From the human T2T-CHM13v2.0 reference genome, Homo sapiens, in the NCBI RefSeq assembly GCF_009914755.1, contig NC_060927.1: 64,000 nt of DNA; one strand, 5' to 3'. The notes beneath the pieces are model-generated. The model saw only the letters and a program-made list of their open reading frames with translations. It was not told the DNA's origin and did not search any database. Each line of letters begins with the position of its first letter. The stretch's first letter is position 1. Below, piece after piece: positions 42,176-54,940 of this stretch. A program made the position numbers and the translations under genes.

Positions 42176-42390
42176 CGCTCTCTCCCTCCTGGTCTTTGAG
42201 TCTGTGACGCACAGAACAGTCTGTTGAAACTAATTTCAACAAGTAAGTTTGCTGTCTCGATAAAAACAGCCCACTGATAATAATATCCAAGAGAATTAGA
42301 ACGGATGCAGTGAGGCATTTTCAAGTGCACTGACCAAATGAATTTTTCCAAAAACTTCATCAAATTTCACGTGAAGGGTAGAGTTCTCAC
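42176..42390 (-). pseudogene. Exon remnant (215 nt, phase 0>2)
   Basis: T-rich acceptor ...aatccag, donor CG|gtatgt. VRTLPFT*NLMKFLEKFIWSVHLKMPHCIRSNSLGYYYQWAVFIETANLLVEISFNRLFCASQTQRPGGRE. Confidence 0.65.
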
Positions 42391-42842
42391 CTGGATTTTT
42401 AAATTAAAAAGCAGCTTAAAAAACTATTAAGTCATGCTGTTGTCCAATTGTATTCGCCATTTGCAGATCGAAGTCATTGTAATCATGAATCCTGTGAATC
42501 TTGGAAAGTTTCTTATGGTATCAGGTTGTAGGCAGAAGCTGGAAGGGGCTGATGGGGACCCCCAGCTGAAGATTCTGCACTATTGTTGAGTGCCGCTGGT
42601 CATGGTGGGAACCTCAGAAACAACTCCAGGAAGGCAGAAAACACTTCTACTCTGACATTTATTTTTATTTTCTGTTTGCTTATCTGTATTTTCAACAGTA
42701 TTCAGGTATTACTTTTTTAATCAGCAAAAACAATCACTTTTTAAAAGTAAAAAAGGTCGACCAATGAAACTGATTAAGACCATACAAGCTCAATAAGGAA
42801 GAGAGAAGGAAAGAAGACAGAATCTTTAATAAAGGTGTTTTT

Positions 42843-43140
<298 letters not shown>

Positions 43141-43794
43141 TTAATTTGTGTGTTTTTGCCCCTAAGCTGGGGTCAAGAGACCTGATTGCTGTGTCCCAAT
43201 GGCCACACCAAAATCATAAGGGGAAGAAGACAAGGAAACTGCAGGAGCTCTTTCTCTGCCCAGCTGCCACCTGCCCCAGCGTGCACTGCCCAGACAGAGC
43301 TCTGAGGTTCCCTGGGAGCACAGAAAAGGACACCACTTGTGTTTTAGACCCAGATTTGCCTTCTGTAGCCATGGGACCTGGGACAAGTCACTATGTCTCC
43401 ATATCTTCACCTCTTAAGGAGATAACACAGCTGCCTGCCAGGGAAGTGAGGTCATTTTAAACTATATAGTGGTACATACATGTGAGGGGTTACTGTAATT
43501 CCTGTTGGTTTTAGAAAGAGGTGGGGTTGATAGGCATGCACGGACAGACTGATAAGCCTTTCGCAGGTTCACCAATGTTTCATGAGCTAAAAAATACTGT
43601 GATCTGCACAATTGTGTAGGTAGGTACTATTATTATTCACAATTTACAGATGACAAAAAGAGAGGAATCAAAAAGTTGAGCAAACTGCCTAACTTGCAAC
43701 ACAGTTATGAATAGAGGAGCTAGAATCTGAAACCTGGCAGTTGGGGGCAGGGCCTGCGTTAGTAAAACATGGCTTGTGCTTACACACATCCATG

Positions 43795-43800
43795 CGCGTG

Positions 43801-43835
<35 letters not shown>

Positions 43836-43848
43836 GCGCACACACACT
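43795..43848. repeat. (CA)n/(CG)n alternating purine-pyrimidine tract
   Basis: Read directly from the sequence. Confidence 0.9.
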
Positions 43849-44077
43849 TCCCTTTTCCATCCCAAACGTACCACTCAGAGTCTAGTTGAATTTTGTAGTT
43901 TCAATTCTGACTTTGTTTCTTTGAAGCCCAATTGCCCTGATGCTGTTGACGGTTGACCTCCAATGAGTGGGAGGGTCACAGACACCTTTATTTTCATTTC
44001 ACAGTCTTCTGCATTATTTTGATTTCTGCCCATGAGCATGCATTATATTTATAAAGATTAATTTTAAAACACATTGC

Positions 44078-44311
44078 CCCTCATGGGGAGGACTGTGTTT
44101 CAAAACAAAGGTTTTAAAGTTTAATGAACGTCTAAAAATCCTTTGCCATCACAGGTTTTCAGAGTCTTATTTATCAAATGCCCTGGCTGCTGGGGATCTT
44201 TCCAACTCATGCTGGAATCGGGCCTGGGTTTCCTGATTTCCCCAGCTCCAACGCTCAGCCTCAGCAGCCAAACCAGCCCGGCCCCTTCCTGTGGTTTCCA
44301 GCTCAGCCCTT
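44078..44311 (-). pseudogene. Exon remnant (about 234 nt)
   Basis: Strong acceptor ctcttctcctcctccctcccaccag. Phase-1 frame GLSWKPQEGAGLVWLLRLSVG...KGFLDVH*. Donor uncertain (G|gcaatg). Confidence 0.45.
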
Positions 44312-44591
44312 CTGGTGGGAGGGAGGAGGAGAAGAGAGGATGCCCGTGTTGGGCCCTTCCCATGGGGCCCCAGTGTTTCGTGAAAACAGGGTCATGTCAA
44401 TCACAGTCCAGACCTCTAAAACCTAGTAATGGAGGCTCAAGGCAGGTGAAAACATACAGGGTGATCAGAATCAAGGCAAGGAGGACTCAGGAAAGGGGAC
44501 GGCACTCAGGCCAGGAGAGGGCTGAGCCCACTGGGCAGAGTTCCTGCCAGTTGGAACAGGATGGACTCCTAAAGCTCTGGCCTGGCCTCAC

Positions 44592-44750
44592 CAGTGCTGT
44601 CTTTTCTACTTTTCTTCTGGGGTCCAGGGGCATCCAAGAGCAAGATTCCACCAGGGCAATGGACCCAGGAGGGGCTCAGGGGCCTGCCCCTGCCTGGCCT
44701 GAAACTTGGCACACACTGGTCCCATCTGGCAGCCAGCTTTAATTACGTTT
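44592..44750 (-). pseudogene. Exon remnant (159 nt)
   Basis: Acceptor gtgtttgtccag, donor CTG|gtgagg. Phase-1 frame has one stop. Confidence 0.45.
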
Positions 44751-45277
44751 CTGGACAAACACACTCTCATGCATTGGGCATCAGAGTGGGGACACTGTCA
44801 GGCAGAAGGAGGAGAGAGAGGCAGGCTGGCTCACTCCTGTTATGTGTACCCACTTAGCAATGCCACTTTAATTTCTCAAAGACATTCCCTGACAGCTCCA
44901 TGCTGCGCCCGGCACAGGGAGCCTAGACCTGCTAATAGACCAGCTTGGAGGCAGCTGGAGCCTGTCTGCCCAGCTTGCCGGGGGAGCATTAATTAACCAG
45001 CTGGCGGCTCTTCTGTCTCCAGAGACCTCAGTGCTGGGATGGTCTGGGGACAATGTGCGTAGTGTGCAGGATCATCCCCAGGGTCCCACCACAGACCAAA
45101 GAATCCCTCCAATACTGAGTGCCTGAGACCCCTGAGGAGCATTTGCTTTGCTACTTCCTCCTTGGCATACAGTCAGTCAGAGCCTTTGGCTTTCTTCTCT
45201 GGCCACCTTGAGGGCATTATCAGGGCTGGGCCCCACTACTGCTGCAGTAAATGTTTGCCCGGCTGGAAAATGCTCAC

Positions 45278-45419
45278 TCATGTTAACGAGGAAGCAATGA
45301 ATGAGAAGCCTTTCTTCTCCTTTATTAAAGGCCGTACAAGCACAAAGCAGACTCTGAAATGTTATCTGTTCACAAACCTCATATGGCTAAATATTTACTG
45401 AGAATGTGATTGGCATTCC
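45278..45419 (-). pseudogene. Exon remnant (142 nt, phase 0>1)
   Basis: Acceptor gctgcttgag, donor GA|gtgagc. GMPITFSVNI*PYEVCEQITFQSLLCACTAFNKGEERLLIHCFLVNM. Confidence 0.5.
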
Positions 45420-46221
45420 CTCAAGCAGCACAGCCAGTGTCCATGGAGTGTCAGAAACAGAAGCGGCACCCAGGCAGGCCCGTGGGCAGGGAGGCCCACC
45501 TCCAGGGAGAGCAGGTGTCCCCAGCCTGGCTTTCCAATGGAACTGCAAGCTCCCTGGGTTCCTGGACTCTCCATTGCTCCATCCTAGATGTACCTCAGGG
45601 CACTCTTCCAGCTACACAACCAGTGTGGAGCCCCTGCCTCTGGCTACCCAAGACTCCTTGGGGCTCTCCAAACACACAGGCCTTTCTCCTGATTTGGGGT
45701 GGTTTTGATTGCCCCAACTGGCACGCCCTTTCTGAAATGCCCCTTTTGCAGCATGAGGCACCCTTCTAGGTCAAGGATGGTGCGGGCTTCATCTGGGGTG
45801 CCGACTGGGATTGATTTGTGGGCACTGCCGGGAGCTTTGTGATGACCACATCCAAGCTGTGACATGACTTCTCAGGGATGTGCGCTAGGGTTGTGGGGAT
45901 GTTGAGGTATATGTTTCACAGGTTTGTCATGAGTCTAGTCGCTTGTGAAGGCCATCTCCTCCAGGAAACTCTCAAGACTCCCACCGCCAAAGTACTTAAT
46001 AACTGTGTTCTTGTCCTCCCTGCATTCCCTTGGAACCTAAGTCATTTGTCATTTTCTGTCTTCTATTACAACTATTTGAATCGCTTACCCCCCTTGCCAT
46101 GCTAGCCTCCAGGTTCTTAGGGTAGCAACTGTGTCTCACTCATCTCTGTGTCCTCCTCAACATGTATCTTTCCTTGCTTGGAGTCAGAGCTCACTTAAGG
46201 CGGCTGAATTGAATTTCTTAC

Positions 46222-46344
46222 CTGGGGACAGCTAGCTTAGAGTAGACTTCAAATTTAGTACAGTCCTCATGAGAGGGGTATTTTGGAAGGGAGCAGGTTG
46301 ATTCTGCATTCCTGCTCTGGGGAAGGCGCTGCCTCAGGGCAGGA
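46222..46344 (-). pseudogene. Exon remnant (123 nt, phase 2>2)
   Basis: Acceptor ctgctcag, donor CAG|gtaaga. Open: PALRQRLPQSRNAESTCSLPKYPSHEDCTKFEVYSKLAVP. Confidence 0.55.
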
Positions 46345-46396
46345 CTGAGCAGTACGATGGGCACAGGGCAACTGGATGGGTTAGGAATGTGGGTGA

Positions 46397-46561
46397 TAGT
46401 GGTTGCCAGATAAAATACGGACACCCAGTCAAGTTGAATGTCATTGTCTTCCAAGTATTGCGTGGAACATACTTACGCTAAAAAAATTTATTCATTGTTT
46501 TTCTGAAATTCACATTTAACTGGACGTCCTGTATTTTTATTTGTTAAATCTGGTAACTCTA
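46397..46561. mobile_element. MER53 (palindromic hAT MITE), left arm partly deleted
   Basis: ggttgccagataaaatac...tttatttgttaaatctggtaactcta. Confidence 0.88.
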
Positions 46562-46714
46562 GGTGGGAGTGCCAGGGAGAGAACACAAGATCATCTCCAC
46601 AGACTTTCTAGAACCAATTCTGTACACTAAGCTGTGTCTTCATGGAGAAACAGCCTGGGGAGTAGGAGGGGTGCAAGACCAGCCAAGCTGGCTCCATTTC
46701 ATAGCTGTCCATAC

Positions 46715-46764
46715 TTTCAAGTCGCCTGAACTTTCAGACGAGGCTCTCTGATGGGCCTGGCTAT
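46715..46764 (-). pseudogene. Exon remnant (50 nt, phase 0>2)
   Basis: Acceptor ttggctttcacag, donor AA|gtatgg. IARPIREPRLKVQAT*; bridges the phases of both neighbours. Confidence 0.5.
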
Positions 46765-46998
46765 CTGTGAAAGCCAACTCCAGTGAAGTCCAGAAATAAA
46801 ACTAGGAAGCCTCCCAAAAGGTATTTTAGTGTGGTCAGCTGTAAACTTCATTAGGTAAGGACCAAGGTTGTCTCACTCATCATTTGCTCCTCAGTGGCTT
46901 GCATAGTCTTTGGCATAAAGCAGGTGCTCCAAAAATATTTACTAAATAAATAAAGAGCTGAGCACTACCTGGCCTTCTCCACCCATGGCTGGACTTAC

Positions 46999-47156
46999 CT
47001 CACCCACAGCGATAAAAATGTGCAAAAACGGGAATTGGCACGCAGCCCTTCCTTTCCAGGAGTCATCACTGATTTCCATTAGCCAGCAAAGTGCACAAGT
47101 GCGTTAGGCTGATTTGGATTTAAAATCAATTAATGCATCCTCAGGGAGCTTGGCTA
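46999..47156 (-). pseudogene. Exon remnant (158 nt, phase 1>0)
   Basis: Strong acceptor ttttatcttgcttttatag and donor GAG|gtaagt. AKLPEDALIDFKSKSA*RTCALCWLMEISDDSWKGRAACQFPFLHIFIAVGE. Confidence 0.65.
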
Positions 47157-47343
47157 CTATAAAAGCAAGATAAAACTCCATCTTCTTGAGTTAATTTATT
47201 TCAATTTAAAGGGTAATTAATATGTTTTCATTGATATGAATTTAGAAAATAAGGAAAAGTAGCATGAAGGGAGAGAAGCTTGTGCAGCCTCAAGACCTCA
47301 GGCAGACACGGTAGCACCTGAGTTCTACCTGGGTTTTGTACAC

Positions 47344-47519
47344 CTGACTTTTCTCATCCTTCTCCACCCAGAGTCACTGGACATCTTTCTTTTCTCCAGT
47401 TTTATCTTTTTTCTCCTTGCCAAAACCTCCTGTGCAGGACGTAGTCTGATCCTGGATTTTGAAGTTTGACCAGAAGTAGATGGCCGTCATCCAGAAGAGC
47501 CCAGCAGCCAGAGGAGCCA
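47344..47519 (-). pseudogene. Exon remnant (176 nt, phase 2>1)
   Basis: Acceptor apparently mutated (ccccctgtcAA), donor CAG|gtgtac. GSSGCWALLDDGHLLLVKLQNPGSDYVLHRRFWQGEKR*... Confidence 0.45.
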
Positions 47520-47699
47520 TTGACAGGGGGCAGCAGCAACAGGTAAATATAATGAAGGCCTGGCTAGGGGTGGCAGAGAGCAACAGAGGTGACATCATGG
47601 GGCAGGATTAGTGGATCTCAGTGACAGTGGTGTGTGAACCGGAAAGGAACAGTCAAGAAGGACCCCAGCTTCCTGACCCAGTGGCTAGAGGAAGGGTGA

Positions 47700-48170
47700 G
47701 GGTACCAGCCAGGACTCAGTTGCAAACAATAGAAACTGACTCTGGATCTCTAAGGAGGAAAAGAATGTATTAGAAGTATTTTCATTAGAGCTCACTGAAT
47801 CAGTGGCAAGGCTAGAGACCCAAACTCAGAAAATAGGTAGGAACCAAGAGGGGTTGGGACCAGGGTCATGCCACAAGAACAGCCTGGTCAGGTCACAGAC
47901 AAAACATCCCCACCATTGGACACTTTCTTCACCTGCCCACCTCCACTGCTGCTGTGAATGACCTCCAGACTTCATGTCACTCTCAAGAACGAAAATCCCA
48001 TTCATATGGTCTGAATGCCCATGCCTACGTCATGTGCACATGCCCCATTTGCTAGGGGTCAGGAGTAGGAATGTCTGATCTCCTTCAGATTCACACACAT
48101 TCTTCCAAATGGGAAAAGGGTTCGCATAATAGGAAGAAAAAAAAGACAGCAAGTGATCTCTATGGTGGCA
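47700..48170 (-). mobile_element. Old MLT1 (L/N-type) LTR
   Basis: cagttgcaaacaatagaaactgactctg start. Confidence 0.65.
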
Positions 48171-48334
48171 TTAAAGTTGGGTGTACAGGAAGAAGAGCAA
48201 ATTTGCATGGGGTATGACAATGAAGTATCTTGGTGGAGCTGTGGAGAGATATTGACATTGGAAATGTCGATCTAGAGGTGTCACCTCTTCAAAGAGGTGA
48301 CAAGCCATTTGTATAACACCCTTCCCTAGGTTAC

Positions 48335-48418
48335 TATGGCTTCTCCAGCCATCCTTGCATTCCATCATCTTCAAACTCTGATGTCTTATGAGAAGTTCAG
48401 GGTATGAAGGCAAGGGCC
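48335..48418 (-). pseudogene. Exon remnant (84 nt, phase 2>2)
   Basis: Acceptor cctttatcccctgcag, donor TA|gtaacc. ALAFIP*TSHKTSEFEDDGMQGWLEKP. Confidence 0.45.
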
Positions 48419-48915
48419 CTGCAGGGGATAAAGGTTTGGCTGGCTTCTCCTTTCTCAGAAATCCCAATTCCTGGTCTTAGTTTCCAATAATTAAAAATGA
48501 CTAGCAAATACGAGAAGTTTAGCTGGCTAGCGTAAGGACTTAAGGGCTGTTTTCAGTACAGCTTATTTATGGGGGAAAATCCTTGGAAGAATCACCCCTT
48601 TTCTTAGGGTTTCAGGTTCTACTCATGCTGCAGGGGCAGAAATACCTCCAGGGTAGTGCAGGGGCTTTGCAATGTTCAGAACCACAGAACCTCTGAGCTG
48701 CAATGAGACATAGGGATCACACAGTCCAATCCCCTCAGTTGATACACAAGGGCCCCAAGGCTAAGAAGATCATTAAAACTGCAGCATCCTTTCACATTCT
48801 CTGATCATGAAAAAATGACACCACCTTTCACCCACACCTCAGCCCCATCCTGCCAACACTGCCACCCAGCTGAGAGGAAGGGAGGCAGTGAATAGGATGC
48901 AGCTGGGTGGATCAC

Positions 48916-49260
48916 CTCCTCTTCCCCTGGAGGCAGTGACGTCTGTCACTCCTAGGAGATGATTAAAATGTTGCTGCTATTGTTAAATTTTGGCAAGTAG
49001 ATTCTGAATTATTCTCCCGGGGGGCTGGCCATGAGTCACCACAGTACATCCTCAGGAAGGAGCTGGCTGAACTCCTGAAATGGCCAGATCCTGCAGTGAA
49101 CTGAGGACCCAGCAGTGTCACAGCACTGCAAATGGGCTGTGAACTGGAGGCTCTGGTGGCTGCCACCATCAGGAGTGGCGGGACTTGACATAGAGGAGAG
49201 ACCAGAAACCCACCTCTGGTGTTGGCATCACTGATCATGCAGTTCATACAGGACAATCGC
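48916..49260 (-). pseudogene. Exon remnant (345 nt)
   Basis: Acceptor gtcttcccatag, donor GAG|gtgatc. Length is a multiple of 3; several stops. Confidence 0.35.
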
Positions 49261-49351
49261 CTATGGGAAGACCCGCTGTGATGGAGGAAGAGTGGAGGAA
49301 AGGCCAGCCAGTGCCCTGCACAGAGAAGCTAGTCAAGAAAGGCTCGCCTCT

Positions 49352-49580
49352 GCCAGTCAACATAGCAAGACCTTATCTGTACAGAAAATGGAAATGTTAG
49401 CTGGGCATGGTGGTGGAGGATGCCTGTAGTCCTAGCTACTTGGAGGCTGAAGTAGGAGGATCACTTGAGCCCAGGAGTTTTAGGCTGCAGTAAGCAATGA
49501 TCATGTCACTGCACCACAGCCGGGGCAGCAGAGAGAGACTCCACCTCTAAAGAAAATAAATTAATAAAAATAAAATAAAT
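49352..49580 (+). mobile_element. 5'-truncated AluJ
   Basis: J right arm; TSD aaaggctcgcctc / aaagacatgcctc. Confidence 0.85.
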
Positions 49581-49590
49581 AAAGACATGC

Positions 49591-49773
49591 CTCCTCTTTT
49601 TCTTCTTATAGGAGGTGGGCCTCAGGCAGGACCTTGAAGCTGACTACGTCTCCTTTCTTTCTCCCATAGGCAGAAACAGGGAACTGTCTGGGGGAAGGGA
49701 TGTTGATAGGTACTGGGACTCCAGGAGAGTCCAATCCTGCATTTTTAGTGATTAACCTACATGCTGTGGATAG
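49591..49773 (-). pseudogene. Exon remnant (183 nt, phase 0>0)
   Basis: Acceptor ccctcttgtgcag, donor GAG|gcatgt (GC). LSTACRLITKNAGLDSPGVPVPINIPSPRQFPVSAYGRKKGDVVSFKVLPEAHLL*EEKEE. Confidence 0.5.
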
Positions 49774-50058
49774 CTGCACAAGAGGGACATTCACCAAAAG
49801 TGAAAGGAAGCAGGAACACAGCAATCCCAGGTTACATGAAGGAGGTGAATGGCTCTATGACATGGAAAGAGAGTCCTGGGTGAGTAAATGAAGAAATGAA
49901 GAAATGAATGAATACTGCTATGTCCACAGTACCTATTGGCTGTGTTATACTCTGGGATGAAAAAGCACTGAGACTGTGCCCATGGTCTCCCCTTCCCTTC
50001 CTCCACCTCTCTACACGTCCAAGACCCCATCCTTCCATGTGGCACAAATGTCTTGCCT

Positions 50059-52644
50059 GGCCAGACACAGTGGCTCACACCTGTAGTCCCAGCACTTTGG
50101 GAGGCCGAGGTGGAGGTGGGTGGATTGCTTGAGCCCAGGAGTTCAAGACCAGACTGGGCAACATGGTGAAATCCTGTCTCTACAAAAAACACAAAAATTA
50201 ACCATGCATGGTGGCACATGCCTGCAGTCCCAGTGTGTTAGTCCATTCTCAGGCTGCTAATAAAGACATACCCAAGACCAGGCAACTTACAAAGAAAAAG
50301 AGGTTTAATGGACTTGCAGTTACACATGGCAGGAGAGGTCTCACAATCATAGCAGAAGGTGAAGGAGAGGCAAAAACACATCCCACATGGAGGCAGGTGA
50401 GAGAGTATGTGCATGGGAACTGCCCTTTATAAAACCATCAGATCTAATGGGACTTACACCCTACCGTAAGAACTGTATGGGGGAAACCGTCGCTATGATT
50501 CAATTGTCTCCACCTGGCCCTGCCCTTGACATTTGGAGATTATTACAATTCAAGGTGAGATTTGGGTGGGGACACAGAGCCAAACCATGTCTTTCCACCC
50601 CGGCCCCTCCCAAATCTCACTTCCTCACATTTCAAAACCAATCATGCCTTCCCAACAGTCACCAAAATCTTAACCCATTTCAGCATTAACTCAAAAGTCC
50701 ACAGTCCAAAGTTTCTTCTGAGACAAGGGAAGCTCTTGCCACCTATGAGCCTATAAAATAAAAGCAACTTAATTACCTCCTAGATACAGTGGGGGTATGG
50801 GCATTGGATAAATACACCTGTTCCAAATGGAAGAAATTGGCCAAAATGAAGAGGTTAGAGGCCCCATGCAGGTCCAGAATCCAGCAGAGCAGTCAAATCT
50901 TAAAGCTCCAAAATGATCTCCTTTGACTCCATGTCTCATATTCAGGTCATGCTGATGAAAGAGGTGGGTTCCTATTGTGTTGAGCAGCCTCCCTCCTGGC
51001 TGCTTTCATAGGCCAGAATTGAGAGTCTGTGGCTTTTCCAGGTGCACAGTGCAAGCTGTCAGTGGATCTATGCTTCTGGGGTCTGGAGGACAGTGGCCCT
51101 CTTCTCACGGGTCCAGTAGACAGTGCCCCAGTGGGTCTGTGTGGGGTCTCCCACCCCATATTTCCCTTCCTCACTGCCCTACCAGAGGTTCTCCATGAGG
51201 CCTCCACCCCTCCAGCACACATCTCTCTGGACATCCATGTGTTTCCATACATCCTCTGAAATCTAGCTGGAGGTTCCTAAAACTCAATTCTTGACTTCTA
51301 TGCACCTTCGGACAAAACATAGGTAAGCTGCCAAGGCTTGGGGCTTGCACCCTCTGAAGCAAAGGCCTGAGCTATACCTTGGCCCCTTTCAGCCATGGCT
51401 GGGATGCAGGGCACAAGTTCCAAGACTGCACAAAGCAGCAGGGCCCTGGACCCAGCCCACAATACCATTTTTTTCCTCCTAGGCCTCTGGCTTGTGATGG
51501 GAGGGCCTGACATGGAGACCTCTGACATGCCCTGGAGACATTTTCCCCATTGTCTTTGCAATTAACATTTGGCTCCTTGTTACTTATGCAAATTTCTGCA
51601 GTCAGCTTGAATTTCTCAGAAAATGGGTTTTTCTTTTCTATGGCATCATCAGGCTGCAAACTTTCCAAACTTTTATGCACTGCTTCCCCTTTAAACATAA
51701 GTTCCAATTCCAAACCATGTATTTGTGAATGAATAAAACTGAATGTTTTTAAAAGCACCCAAGTCACTTCTTGAATGCTTTGCTGCTAAGCAATTTCTTC
51801 CACCAGATACCCTAAATCATCTCTCTCCAGTTCAAAGTTCCACAGATCTCTAGGGCAGGGGCAAAATGCCACCAGTCTCTTTGCTAAAGTGTAGCAAGAA
51901 TCACCTTTGCTTCGGTTCCCAATAAATTCCTCATCTCCATCTGAGACCACCTCAGCCTGGACTACATTGTCCATACCAATATCAGCAGTTTGATCAAAGC
52001 CATTCAACGAGTCTCTAGGAAGTTCCAAACTTTCCCACATCTTCCTGTCTTCCAAGCCCTCCAAACTGTTACAACTTCTGCCTGTTACCCGGTTCCAAAG
52101 TCACTTCCACATTTTTGGGTATCTTTACAGCAGCACCCCACTACCTGGTACCAATTTACTGTATTAGTCTGTTCTCATGCTGCTAATAAAGACATACCTA
52201 AGACTTGGCAACTTACAAAGAAAAAGAGGTTTAATGGACTCACAGTTACACATGGCTGGGGAGGCCTCACAATCATGGCAGAGGGCGAAGGAGGAACAAA
52301 GCCACGTCCTACATTGCAGCAGGCAAGAGAGTGTGTGCAGGGGAACTACCCTTTATAAAACCATCAGATCTTGTGAGACTTATTCACTCTCACAAGAGCA
52401 GCACAAGCAAAACCAGCCCCCATGATTCAGTTATCTCCCACCAGGTCCAACAATATGTGGGGATTGTGGGAGCTGTAATTCAAGATGAGATTTGGGTGGG
52501 GACACAACAAAATCATATCACCTAGCTACTTGGGAGGCTGAGACAGGAGGATCACCTGAGCCCAGGAAGTCGAGGCTGCGGCGAGCCACGATTACATCAC
52601 TGCACTCCAGCCTGGGTGAAGGAGTGAGAACCAGTCACAAAAAA

Positions 52645-52728
<84 letters not shown>

Positions 52729-52731
52729 AAA
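50059..52731 (+). mobile_element. AluJ split by a THE1 (Alu parts 50059-50233 and 52521-52731, (GAAA)n tail)
   Basis: The Alu breaks at gtcccag and resumes at cctagctact. Confidence 0.92.
50234..52520 (-). mobile_element. Full-length THE1 MaLR: LTR 50234-50592, internal region, LTR 52160-52520
   Basis: Two LTRs of about 360 bp, 5-bp TSD CCCAG/CCTAG, polypurine tract, broken MaLR ORF (KMWESLELPRD...DLWNFELERDDLGYLVEEI). Confidence 0.96.
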
Positions 52732-52937
52732 GCCATGCCCTCTACTAGGAAGCCTTTTCTGATTCACCAACTCAGAAATTCTTTTTCCTCTGTCCTCCCA
52801 AGGGCCTTACCTCCACTCACACAAGGCCCTTATTTCTAGGCTGAATGATGGTTATTGACGTGTGTCTCACCTCCCTGTGCCCTCCCAGTGCTCAGGGCCT
52901 AAAGAACCCCTTGCAGAGCGTGCTAAGGATGTCTTAC

Positions 52938-53047
52938 TCTCCAAGGACTCCCAAACCCTTTCCACAACTCCTAATATTAAGAAAAGACCTGTTTTCCCCT
53001 GACCTCCTTTGTCTAGGATTGTTTGAGTGACTTTGGTAACAACAGAC
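52938..53047 (-). pseudogene. Exon remnant (110 nt)
   Basis: Acceptor atttcatttctattcaaag, donor GA|gtaaga. Phase-2 frame open: SVVTKVTQTILDKGGQGKTGLFLILGVVERVWESLE. Confidence 0.55.
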
Positions 53048-53725
53048 CTTTGAATAGAAATGAAATAGAGATATGTTTCTTGGACAAGCGGAGGTGGCCT
53101 CAGAAAGGGAAAGGGTCCTGGGCTGGAAATCATGTCTTCCAGCAGAGGAAGAACAAACAGATCCAAGCTGAAGTAAATGAAAACCCATCTCAGGGCTCAG
53201 GACAAGGCCTAGGGGCCAGGAGGAGATGACCATGGTGGATGCTTTGGAGGATGAGAAAAGTAGGGAGGAAGAAGCCTCCAGGTGCAGGGGAAGAGAGGGG
53301 GATGCGTAGAGTGGGACTTGAGAGCCAGCTTCCCTGTGTGGCTCTCCTTGACTTAACCAGTGGTGTGCCTGTGCCCTGATACTAATCGAGAAGTGGACTT
53401 CCACAGGATGCTCCCTGGAGTGCTCAATAAATGTTGATAGAATAACCCTGATAAGAACAACAGGCAATTTTTTTTCGAGTACTTGTAATGTACCAGACGC
53501 TGTTCTAGTTCTTCCTCTTTTTTTTTTTTTAAATGTATCTCTTCATTAAATCTTCTCATCAACCTGCGAGGTATTTAGTATTATCAACCTCATTTTACAG
53601 ATCATGAATTGGAGGCACAGAAATATTAATTAACTTATCTGCAGCCACGCAGCTAGTGAATCATAAAGCTGGCACTTAACCACTGTGCAATAGGGCAAGG
53701 GTTTAATACTAAAGCATGTGCTCAC

Positions 53726-53843
53726 CTAATTTCGCCCCAACTTATTTCACTCCTGCTCCAGATATATTCTAAGAGATGAAAAAATTTCTCTTTTAGGGAA
53801 TAATTAATAGCCTTGAAGCTCAAGTAATAATTTTTGTAGTAAT
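53726..53843 (-). pseudogene. Exon remnant (118 nt, phase 1>2)
   Basis: Acceptor tttttctgcag, donor AG|gtgagc. Fully open frame YYKNYYLSFKAINYSLKEKFFHLLEYIWSRSEISWGEI. Confidence 0.6.
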
Positions 53844-54211
53844 CTGCAGAAAAAGCCCTCTTCAAAGAAGCAATTAAAATAATATTCCAATTACCTGTGA
53901 AGGTTTACTTCAGTGCAATTCAATTTTTACTGTATTTTGTATCTACTAGAACTCAAACAAATTGAGGGGAAAACAGACTTTTGTTTGAATGAAAGGGAGG
54001 CTCAGAACAATGAAAAAAAAAGCTGATTTAAAAAGTAACCTTCAGGCCCACCTGAGTGCATGCAACAGGTTTATTCATATCTACACAGATATTGAACTCA
54101 TTCTTCTTGAACCCATTTCCGTGATTTGAACAGACTATAAATCAACAGCTCTGCATAATTTTTGAAAAATAAGTGCTTTCCTGCCTAAGAATGTGGCTTG
54201 TATATTGGCAG

Positions 54212-54940
<729 letters not shown>

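Noticed and set aside
42222-42241. 8-bp-stem hairpin tgttgaaa-ctaa-tttcaaca
   Set aside because: Expected by chance in 64 kb, and it lies inside a predicted exon.
43180-43215. Extra 34-nt exon candidate
   Set aside because: Needs a mutated acceptor, has a weak donor, and its phase does not fit both neighbours.
44143-44742. Long plus-strand ORFs (199 aa here; 184 aa at 16964-17518)
   Set aside because: No recognisable domain. Probably antisense shadows of GC-rich minus-strand exon remnants.
47157-47165. TATA box (ctataaaag) on the plus strand
   Set aside because: Better explained as the reverse complement of the acceptor cttttatag of the 47156 exon.
47438-47542. Plus-strand coding exon (tgcag|...cag|gtaaat)
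   Set aside because: Stops in all three frames and no partner exons. A non-coding exon cannot be excluded.
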